Part shown: in pieces, positions 48,488-55,720 of the stretch
How the letters are laid out: each line of letters begins with the position of its first letter
Position numbering within the stretch: the first letter of the stretch is position 1
Assembly (NCBI GenBank): GCA_036556085.1
Contig: DATBKE010000170.1
Span: forward strand, 1-55,720
Direction: 5' to 3'
DNA: 55,720 bases
DNA from: Acidimicrobiia bacterium
GTDB taxonomy: Bacteria; Actinomycetota; Acidimicrobiia; Spongiisociales; ZC4RG35
The notes under the pieces: generated by a model
Told to the model about the DNA's origin: nothing
Database searches by the model: none
The model's input: only the letters and a program-made list of their open reading frames with translations
Translations under genes and position numbers: made by a program

Positions 48488-49426
48488 CGCGAGAGAATTG
48501 CGGGCGATCGTCTCCAACTCGTCCCGAGTGAGTTCGAGGGCTTCTGCGACCCTGACGTAGTTGTCCCCGATATAGCCACCGAAGTAGGCGGGATCGTCGG
48601 AGTTGATCGAAACGTTGAGGCCGAGCTCGAGCATACGGGCAAGGGGATGCCGGTCCAACGAAGGCACCACCTGCAATCTCTCGTTCGAGAGCGGGCAAAC
48701 GGTGAGTGGAATCTGCTCGTCGCCGAGCCGCTTCACCAGATCGGGATCTTCGAGCGAGCGCACGCCGTGGTCGATTCGCTCGGCGCCGAGGAGATCGAGT
48801 GCCTGCCAGACATATTCGGGGGGACCTTCTTCGCCCGCATGAGCAACCGTTCGCAAACCCATGCTGCGAGCTCGAGCGAAGGCGTTCTTGAACTTCTCCG
48901 GGGGGTAACCGACTTCAGACGAGTCGAGGCCGACAGCCAGGATCTGGTCGAGATGTGGTTCCGCCAAATCGAGAGTGCGCACGGCGTCTTCCTCCGGGAG
49001 ATGGCGGAGAAAACACAGGATCAAGGCCGAATCGATTGTTCCGGCGAATTGTTGCTGTGCCGAGTGGAACCCGGCCATGAAGGTTTCAAAACCGACTCCG
49101 CGATTCAGATGGGCCTGGGGGTCGAAGAAGATCTCGGCCCGGGTGACACCATCGGCGGCGGCCCTTAGGAGGTAGGCGGAGAGCAGGTCGGCGTAGTCCT
49201 CTTCCGTCTGCAGAACGGCCGCTCCCCGGTAGTAGATGTCGAGAAAGGATTGGAGGTTGGAGAACTCATACGCCCGGCGGGCGTCCGCGACGGTGGCGAA
49301 GGGGAGCTCGACCCGGTTGCGACGAGCGAGGGAAAACATGAGCTCGGGTTCAAGCGTGCCTTCAATGTGGACGTGCAGCTCGGCTTTCGGCAGGGCCCGG
49401 ACGAAGCCACCGATCTCCTCTGACAT
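48470..49426 (-). CDS. add: Adenine/adenosine deaminase (amidohydrolase; adenine-deaminase-like subgroup)
   Basis: LPKAELHVHIEGTLEP, EIFFDPQAH, HAGEEGP, RIDHGVR, TVCPLSN, NSDDPAYFGGY. Confidence 0.93.
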   Translation of the reverse strand: MSEEIGGFVRALPKAELHVHIEGTLEPELMFSLARRNRVELPFATVADARRAYEFSNLQSFLDIYYRGAAVLQTEEDYADLLSAYLLRAAADGVTRAEIFFDPQAHLNRGVGFETFMAGFHSAQQQFAGTIDSALILCFLRHLPEEDAVRTLDLAEPHLDQILAVGLDSSEVGYPPEKFKNAFARARSMGLRTVAHAGEEGPPEYVWQALDLLGAERIDHGVRSLEDPDLVKRLGDEQIPLTVCPLSNERLQVVPSLDRHPLARMLELGLNVSINSDDPAYFGGYIGDNYVRVAEALELTRDELETIARNSLASALSR

Positions 49427-49446
49427 GCCGGGACGGTAGCGAGGTC

Positions 49447-51645
49447 TCAGGCGACCAGGCCGGCGAGGACCCGGGAGGGTGTCAGGGGCAGTTGGTGAAA
49501 CCAAACCCCGGTGGCATCGTGGAGGGCGGCCACAACCGCCGCTGCATAGGGGACGAGAGGCATCTCCGCCATCCCACGTACCCCCCAGGGCCCGCGAGGG
49601 TCGGGGTGTTCGAGGAGGATGGTGCGCACCACGGCGGGGATGTCATCGATGCCAGGGATGAGATAGGCCGAGAGGCGAGGATTGGTGATGCGAGCGTCCT
49701 TGACCTGCAGGTCCTCGGTAATGGTGTATCCATGCGCTTGGACAATCGCTCCTTCGACCTGTCCCTCGGCCAGCGTCCGATTTATCACCCGGCCGACGTC
49801 GTTGGCACAGATAACCCGGTCGACCCGTATATGGCCGGTCTCTATATCGACTGATAAATCCACCACTTCGGCCACGTATCCGTAGGCGAAGTTGGGCTGT
49901 CCCTCTCCGGTAACGGGGTCCAGGGTCTGAGTGGGCGGGGGGACAAATCGGAATTGGCCTCGGGCCGGGCGCTCGCCGTCGATCCACTTCTTGGTCGCTT
50001 CCTCCACCGCCCCGAGGATGGAGTTGCCTGACATCCAGGTGAGCCTGGAGGCCGACGCCGAGCCGGAGTCGCCGGAGGTAGCCGTGTCGGAATAGACGGC
50101 TTCCACCTGTTCGTAATCGATGCCGATGGCCATCGCTGCCATCTGGCGCAGGGCGGTGTGAGACCCCTGGCCAACCTCAGCTGCGCCGTGGTAAAGGATC
50201 GCCCGTTCGACCTCATCTTCTCCGAAGAGCTCCACCGTCGCCTCGCAACGCTCCGGGAATCCGAACGAGAAGCCGACGTTCTTGTATCCGCAGGCGAATC
50301 CCCTGCCCCGGCGGATGGCGCGTTCTTCGACGGGAAGGGTGGCAACAGGACGCAACGTCCCCACCTCGAAATCCTCGGAGGCGGCTGCAGCCGCCGCTTC
50401 GATCACCGAAGGGAGGCTTACCCCGAGAGGCATTTCCGCCTGGGTGATGCCAATCGATCCGTCACGGAGGCTATTCAGCAAGCGCACTTCGATCGGGTCC
50501 ATGTCCAGCGCCTGCGCCAGTTTGTTCATCTGGGTCTCTGCCACCAGCGCTCCCTGCGGGGCACCGAATCCGCGAAAGGCCCCTCCGGGGACGGCGTTGG
50601 TGTAGACGGCGTAGCTATCGATGCGAGCGTTGGGAATCTCGTAGGGACCACCCACGCATAGATGCAGATTGCCGAGCACCTTGTTCGACGTGTAGTTGTA
50701 CCCACCCGCATCGAGATAACAATCAGCCTCGACCGCGACGATCTTTCCGTCGCGCCTCGCCCCCAGTCGGGCCTTGATCCGGCCCCGGTGACGCTTGTGA
50801 TGTCCGACGATGCTTTCCTCCCGCGACCATTGACAGCGAATCGGCCGACGGATCCCGCGCCCGGCCAGCTTGCGCGCCGCCGCGGCCAGGACGATCTGCA
50901 TCGACATGTCCTCCCGGCCTCCGAAGGCGCCACCGATGGCCGGGTATTTGACACGAACCGCTTCCGTCGGGAGATCGAGGGCATGAGCGATTTGCTCCTG
51001 GTCCTCGACTGTCCACTGGCCGGCGATCTCGACCGTCACCCGACCCTCTTCGTCGATGTAGGAGATCGCCGCCTCGGGCTGAAGGAAGGCGTGCTCCTGA
51101 TAGGGCACCTCATAAGTTCCCTCGATCACCACCTCGGCTTGGGACCATCCGGCGTCGATGTCACCTTTTCGGATTCGCAGGTGGTGGTAGGCATTGGTGT
51201 CCAGGCCGTTCTCGGGGTGGAGCATCACCCGGGACTGGAGGGAGGTGTCGATGTCGCCCAGGATCGGAAGCTCCTCCCATTCGACTTCGATGGCGGCTGC
51301 CCCTGCCCGCGCCGCCTCGACGCTATCGGCGATGACCACGCAAAGCTGATCTGCCTCCCAACGCGAGATGTTCTCGGCGACGGAGGTGAGTTCGTTGCCG
51401 AGGCCGATCAGCACCGGTTGATCCCGAAAGACCAGCCCGTATTCGTTGACCGGAATGTCGGAGGCGGTGAGGATCTCCACCACTCCTGGTAGCGCCAAGG
51501 CTCGATCGACCTCCAGCCTGACGAGCCGAGCATGCGGCTGATCGGTGAAGACGATGTGGGCATGGAGGAAGTCGGGATGAATGATGTCGGCCGGGAAGAG
51601 AGCTGTGCCCGTGACCTTCGCGGGCCCATCGAGGCGTTGGGTCAT
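49447..51645 (-). CDS. Xanthine-dehydrogenase-family molybdopterin-binding subunit
   Basis: AKVTG, QEHAFLQPE, IGGAFGGRE, GAFRGFG, GAAEVGQGSHT, GSASASR, RGMAEMP (catalytic Glu). Start at ATG 51645 with ATGA overlap. Confidence 0.93.
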   Translation of the reverse strand: MTQRLDGPAKVTGTALFPADIIHPDFLHAHIVFTDQPHARLVRLEVDRALALPGVVEILTASDIPVNEYGLVFRDQPVLIGLGNELTSVAENISRWEADQLCVVIADSVEAARAGAAAIEVEWEELPILGDIDTSLQSRVMLHPENGLDTNAYHHLRIRKGDIDAGWSQAEVVIEGTYEVPYQEHAFLQPEAAISYIDEEGRVTVEIAGQWTVEDQEQIAHALDLPTEAVRVKYPAIGGAFGGREDMSMQIVLAAAARKLAGRGIRRPIRCQWSREESIVGHHKRHRGRIKARLGARRDGKIVAVEADCYLDAGGYNYTSNKVLGNLHLCVGGPYEIPNARIDSYAVYTNAVPGGAFRGFGAPQGALVAETQMNKLAQALDMDPIEVRLLNSLRDGSIGITQAEMPLGVSLPSVIEAAAAAASEDFEVGTLRPVATLPVEERAIRRGRGFACGYKNVGFSFGFPERCEATVELFGEDEVERAILYHGAAEVGQGSHTALRQMAAMAIGIDYEQVEAVYSDTATSGDSGSASASRLTWMSGNSILGAVEEATKKWIDGERPARGQFRFVPPPTQTLDPVTGEGQPNFAYGYVAEVVDLSVDIETGHIRVDRVICANDVGRVINRTLAEGQVEGAIVQAHGYTITEDLQVKDARITNPRLSAYLIPGIDDIPAVVRTILLEHPDPRGPWGVRGMAEMPLVPYAAAVVAALHDATGVWFHQLPLTPSRVLAGLVA

Positions 51646-53033
51646 CCGCCCGCCGCCTGCTCCACTGCCGAGATGATCTTGTAGTAGCCGGTGCACCGAC
51701 AAAGATTCCCGGAGAGGGCGATGCGAATCTCGGCCGGTCCCGGCGCCGGCTTCTCCTCGAGCAGCTTCGCTCCCGACATCAAGAAGCCGGGAATGCAATA
51801 GCCACATTGCACCGAGCCTTGATCGAGAAACGCTTGCTGCAATGGATGGAGTCCGCCAACTGGCGCCAACCCCTCGATCGTGGTGATCGCTGCATCGGCT
51901 GCCCGCCCCGCCGGCACCAGGCAGGCCATGACCGCCACTCCGTCGAGGAAGATCGTGCATGCCCCGCACTCACCTTCGGCACATCCTTCCTTGCTGCCGG
52001 TCAGCCCGAGCTCCCGCAACCAGTCGAGCAGGGTTGAGTTGGAATCGGGCGGACTGCTCAGGGGCAGTCCGTTGACCGTCGTGAGGTTTGAGACAAATCG
52101 GCGCCGGCCCAGAGTCACCGGATCCCGGGGGAAGAATGCCGCCTGCTCGCCACCGGCTAGCGCCCGAAGCCCCCGCACTGTCATTCGCTCCAGTTCTGCC
52201 CTCCTATAGGCAGCGGTGGCGCGGACGTCGTCAATGGGCTTCGGACCCTCTGCCACCAGACGGGCGGCTTCGGCGATAGTGTCGGAACCGAGGCGCCTGC
52301 CCTGCAAGAACGCCTCGGCTTCCGGAGCGCGGATGATCGTGGGGGCGACGCTTCCGAGGGCAATCGCCGCCGAAGAGACCTCGTCGCCATCGAAGTCGAG
52401 CACCAGCGCCAGATGAATGACCGAAATCGCCTGGGCTTTGCGGAGTCCGACTTTGAGAAAAATCCCGCGCTCATCAGAGTCCATGGCCCGGACCCGAAGA
52501 CGGACGACCATCTCGTCGGGGGCCATGTCGATCTGGCGAACACCGCGGTGAAAATCGGCGAGATCCACCATCCGGCTGCCGGCCGTGGAGGCGATCTCGA
52601 GTGTCGCTCCCAGCGCCCGTAGTGGGGTAATGGTGTCGTTGGCCGGGGAGGCGGTGACCAAGTTCCCGACCACGGTCGCCCGGTTGCGAAGCTGCGGTGA
52701 GCCCACCTCCCAGCACGCCTGAGCGAGAGGGAGCGCCCGATCGACGACCGCCGAGGAGAGCACGATCTCGTTGTGGGTTACGCCCGCTCCAATGAGGATT
52801 TCCTCGCCGACCATCTCGATTCGCTGAAGCTCTTCCAAGCGACTGACGTCGATCAAGGTGTCAACCTCGGGCCGCTGACCTCGAGCCATCTCGAGCAACA
52901 AGTCGGTGCCTCCGGCGATGAGTCGAGCGCTTCCTCGATGGGCTCTCAGCATCTCCAGAGCCTCGGGAACCGAATTCGGCTGTAGATAACGCTCGAATCT
53001 CAGACGATGCTGCTGAACCTCGTGCAGCTTCAC
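51642..53033 (-). CDS. XDH-family FAD-binding subunit fused to a C-terminal 2x[2Fe-2S] subunit
   Basis: IAGGTDL, IRN-like LRNRATVVGN, DDVRATAAYR; then GCAEGECGACT..C, QCGYCIPG, NLCRCTGY. Confidence 0.93.
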   Translation of the reverse strand: MKLHEVQQHRLRFERYLQPNSVPEALEMLRAHRGSARLIAGGTDLLLEMARGQRPEVDTLIDVSRLEELQRIEMVGEEILIGAGVTHNEIVLSSAVVDRALPLAQACWEVGSPQLRNRATVVGNLVTASPANDTITPLRALGATLEIASTAGSRMVDLADFHRGVRQIDMAPDEMVVRLRVRAMDSDERGIFLKVGLRKAQAISVIHLALVLDFDGDEVSSAAIALGSVAPTIIRAPEAEAFLQGRRLGSDTIAEAARLVAEGPKPIDDVRATAAYRRAELERMTVRGLRALAGGEQAAFFPRDPVTLGRRRFVSNLTTVNGLPLSSPPDSNSTLLDWLRELGLTGSKEGCAEGECGACTIFLDGVAVMACLVPAGRAADAAITTIEGLAPVGGLHPLQQAFLDQGSVQCGYCIPGFLMSGAKLLEEKPAPGPAEIRIALSGNLCRCTGYYKIISAVEQAAGG

Positions 53034-53593
53034 CCCGCGGCCCGACCGTTGTAGATCACACCCCCGCTACGGGCATAGTCGGAGAGCAGGGCGGCGCCCT
53101 CAGCACGCTTCACCTCGCGGATCACCTCGACCCCCCTCCGTTCCAATCTCTCCACCCAGTCGGCCATTCGATCACCTTCCTCGAAGCCGATGGCGGCGGC
53201 GTCCTCGGTCCGGGCACCACAAACCAGTCGATGGACCCCGGACCAGGGAACGGCTCCCAGGCACATGGCGCAAGGGTCCGTGGAAGCAACCAGTTCGGTG
53301 GGACCGAGATCGAAACTTCCCACCACCCGACCGGCAATTCCTATCGCCATGATCTCGGCGTGGGCGGCGGCGATGTTCGAAGGCACCACGAGGTTGACGC
53401 CCGGGGCTAGCAAACGCCCGTCGCGGTCGAACACCGCGGCTCCGAATGGTCCGCCCGTTTCTCTCTCAAAGTTGTTCCGGGCCAGGCTGAAAGTGAAGTC
53501 GATCCGGTCCTCGATCGAGGGGTAAAGCGAGCCCGGCTCGCAGATGTCGTGGATCCAGGGCGGAAGTTCGAGGGCGAGGGCGGGAAACGTCAC
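53030..53593 (-). CDS. Zn-dependent nucleobase deaminase (guanine deaminase GuaD-like, CDA fold)
   Basis: GGPFGAAVF, HAE, PCAMC, IGFEEG. Confidence 0.85.
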   Translation of the reverse strand: MTFPALALELPPWIHDICEPGSLYPSIEDRIDFTFSLARNNFERETGGPFGAAVFDRDGRLLAPGVNLVVPSNIAAAHAEIMAIGIAGRVVGSFDLGPTELVASTDPCAMCLGAVPWSGVHRLVCGARTEDAAAIGFEEGDRMADWVERLERRGVEVIREVKRAEGAALLSDYARSGGVIYNGRAAG

Positions 53594-54429
53594 GAGTCGG
53601 AGATTTCGCCGTAGACCTCGGGGCGACGATCACGGTAGAACGCCCAGTGCCGTCGGACCTCTTCGATCAAAGTCATATCGAGGTCCCTGATCACTACCTC
53701 GTCCTTCGTATCGGAGCCTGTTCCGTCGATGATCTGACCCCGCGGCGTGCAGAAGTACGAGGAGCCGTAATAGTCGGTGTCGGAAAGATTCTCCCGGCCG
53801 ACCCGATTGATAGCCCCCACGAAGTATTCGTTTGCAACGGCAGCTGCCGGTTGCTCGAGCTCCCACAGATATTTGGAATGTCCCCTGGTGGTGGCCGAGG
53901 GATTGAAGACCACCTTGGCCCCCTTCAACCCCAGCACCCGCCAGCCTTCCGGGAAATGGCGGTCGTAGCAGATGTAGACCCCGATCCGGCCAATTGCGGT
54001 GTCGAATACCGGATAGCCGAGGTTCCCCGGCCGAAAATAGAACTTCTCCCAAAACCCTTCGACCTGGGGAATGTGGGTCTTGCGATACATCCCCAGGAAA
54101 GAGCCATCGGCATCGACGACGGCGGCGGTGTTGTAGAACGTGCCCTCGTCCACTTTCTCATAGATGGGTGCGATCACGACCATTCCCGTCTCGCGGGCAA
54201 GGTCGACGACGCGTGAGATGGTCGGACCCGAAGGAACCTCCTCGGCCGTGTCATAGAACTTGGCGTCCTGGACGTTGCAGAAATACGGAGTGGTGAAGAT
54301 CTCCTGAAAGCACAGGACTTGGGCCCCGTCGGCCGCGGCCTTGCGGGCGTATTCGAGGTTCTTCTCGATCATCGATTCCTTCTCACCGGTCCACTCGGAC
54401 TGGACCAGGGCGGCTCGAACCACCGTCAT
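53590..54429 (-). CDS. Nitrilase-superfamily C-N hydrolase (beta-ureidopropionase / N-carbamoylase-like)
   Basis: Triad: FQEIF (Glu), YRKTHIP (Lys), YICYDRHFPEG (Cys); FWEKFYFRPGN. Confidence 0.9.
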   Translation of the reverse strand: MTVVRAALVQSEWTGEKESMIEKNLEYARKAAADGAQVLCFQEIFTTPYFCNVQDAKFYDTAEEVPSGPTISRVVDLARETGMVVIAPIYEKVDEGTFYNTAAVVDADGSFLGMYRKTHIPQVEGFWEKFYFRPGNLGYPVFDTAIGRIGVYICYDRHFPEGWRVLGLKGAKVVFNPSATTRGHSKYLWELEQPAAAVANEYFVGAINRVGRENLSDTDYYGSSYFCTPRGQIIDGTGSDTKDEVVIRDLDMTLIEEVRRHWAFYRDRRPEVYGEISDS

Positions 54430-54453
54430 AGTCGGGCGAGTGTAGGAATCACC

Positions 54454-55575
54454 TCAGGGGCCGCTTCGTTGGCGACCGGTGAAGAACACCACGATGTGGT
54501 CGTCACTCGTGTAACCCTCGGCGATAGTTGGATCCAAGAGCGCGGCCAGCCCGGCGGTGCCGGTGTGATCGGCGGCGATCTGAGTTTCTGCGAGCGCGAG
54601 ACGATGACCACTTTCCACGAGGCTCTCGGGGATCACATGCGGTCGGCCGCCCGAGGCCAGCATCGCTTCCACCACCGGCAACCAGTCGTAGGTGACGTCG
54701 TCGAGGATGCCTGACGCCTTCGAGCTACCAACGTTCTCCCAGGCCCACATGAATTTGTTAGGGGTCGAGCGAGCATTTTCCGCCTGCTCCAGGCGGTCCT
54801 CGGAAGTCTCCCGCAACAGCCGCCACGCCCGGTTCAGTGGCGCCGAGGATTCGGTTTGAACGGTGTTGAGCACTGGATCGGCCGATAACCATTGCTCGCG
54901 GATGCCCTCGTTGATGCCCTGCCAGATCGATGCGGCCAGCGCCCCACCACCGACCTGAACGAAAAGCGCCACCGACCCCTCGACTCGGGCGAGGGCGAGC
55001 TGCTCGGCTAGCTCCCAACCGATCGTGCGGCCTCCATCGAGGGCGGTGGGCGTGAACGGCCCTTGCACCGAGAAGGGAGTGGCTCCCTTGCGGATCGCTC
55101 GTTGCATGTCCTCGACCGTGGGATCTCCGACCGTTGAGTCGGTGCGCTTACTCACCACCACCCTGGCGTCCAGCTCCTTGAGTGCGGAGGTGATCGAACG
55201 GTCTGCCCAGGTGGGGACGAAGACCTGGATCGGACGCCGGGCGGCCTTGGCGACCACAGCCGCGGCGAGAGCGGCGTTGCCGCACGAGGCAATTGCGAGG
55301 TCGCCGCTCGGGCTCTCCTCAACCGCCAGGTGGAGCATGGTTCCGAACAGGTGGCGGGCCTTGTGCGAGCCACCCACGTTGTCTGTGTCGTCTTTGACCC
55401 AAAGGCTTGCCTCCAGCCCGAGGGCTGCACCCAAGCGGGGCTGGCGGGTCAATGGAGTGATCGAGAATCCGTGGCCCGCAACCTCGGCAACGTCGCGGTT
55501 GAGGCCCTCGACGAGTTCGACGAACCTTTGATCGCTCCATCCGGCCGAGATCGCCTTCCGATACGAATCGAGCAT
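54454..55575 (-). CDS. Fold-type II PLP-dependent enzyme (threonine synthase / ammonia-lyase-like)
   Basis: VKDDTDNVGGSHKARH (PLP Lys), ASCGNAA, VQVGGGALA. Frame stays open upstream through NPFIRYR to a candidate ACG start at 55620. Confidence 0.85.
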   Translation of the reverse strand: MLDSYRKAISAGWSDQRFVELVEGLNRDVAEVAGHGFSITPLTRQPRLGAALGLEASLWVKDDTDNVGGSHKARHLFGTMLHLAVEESPSGDLAIASCGNAALAAAVVAKAARRPIQVFVPTWADRSITSALKELDARVVVSKRTDSTVGDPTVEDMQRAIRKGATPFSVQGPFTPTALDGGRTIGWELAEQLALARVEGSVALFVQVGGGALAASIWQGINEGIREQWLSADPVLNTVQTESSAPLNRAWRLLRETSEDRLEQAENARSTPNKFMWAWENVGSSKASGILDDVTYDWLPVVEAMLASGGRPHVIPESLVESGHRLALAETQIAADHTGTAGLAALLDPTIAEGYTSDDHIVVFFTGRQRSGP

Positions 55576-55612
55576 CCATCGATACCGGATGAAAGGATTG
55601 GCGCTCTCGCCT

Positions 55613-55720
55613 CTACTCGTGGCTGACTCCCGTTCGCTCGTTGAACTCGTCGATCAGAGCGTCCCATCGAACCAGGAAAGGTCGCAACCCCTGCCACCAC
55701 GCCTGTTCCCGGCGCGCTTC
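55613..55720 (-). CDS. C-terminal fragment of the upstream gene, probably a second PLP-dependent enzyme of the cluster
   Basis: Open frame EARREQAWWQGLRPFLVRWDALIDEFNERTGVSHE*; the DxLIxEFNERTG ending is recalled from PLP enzymes in xdh-linked clusters, not verified. Confidence 0.45.
   Translation of the reverse strand, partial: EARREQAWWQGLRPFLVRWDALIDEFNERTGVSHE

Noticed and set aside
51646-51969. N-terminal extension of the 840-aa XDH Mo-subunit ORF
   Set aside because: Out-of-frame overlap with the Fe-S domain of the upstream gene; ATG 51645 gives the normal ATGA coupling, so no frameshift fusion is needed.
49447-55720. Selenocysteine or stop read-through in the XDH cluster
   Set aside because: No in-frame TGA interrupts any conserved domain; the TGA upstream of the PLP gene lies beyond its plausible N-terminus.

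Overview
High-GC bacterial chromosomal window, most likely Actinomycetota class Acidimicrobiia (actinobacterial-type rpoB/rpoC with the beta-prime coiled-coil insertion, WhiB, PAC2, F420-dependent LLM enzyme, Cys-containing SLH repeats). About 50 densely packed CDSs. I saw no rRNA, tRNA, CRISPR array, transposase or prophage gene. Main blocks: DNA repair and redox genes at the left; nhaA-fbaA; RRM protein and dps; a tightly coupled minus-strand run of ABC exporter, BNR beta-propeller, ubiquitin-like (GG) protein, FAD oxidase, kbl, tdh and PAC2; a TRAP transporter with convergent genes; a cyclase-STAND-TPR protein; whiB, a Cys-less desulfurase-like enzyme and metY; a MerR/GyrI regulator; an SLH-anchored M15 peptidase; rpoBC; and a purine/ureide catabolic cluster (adenine and guanine deaminases, XDH-family enzyme, C-N hydrolase, fold-II PLP enzymes) running off the right edge. 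The best novelty candidates are the beta-propeller/ubiquitin-like operon and the unusual purine catabolic cluster. Regulatory oddities include a TipAL/TipAS-like internal start, overlapping head-to-head leaderless genes, a bidirectional CTAG-centred promoter, a switch-like RRM leader and possible ACG/CTG starts. All calls come from reading the sequence and recalled family motifs; no database search was run.
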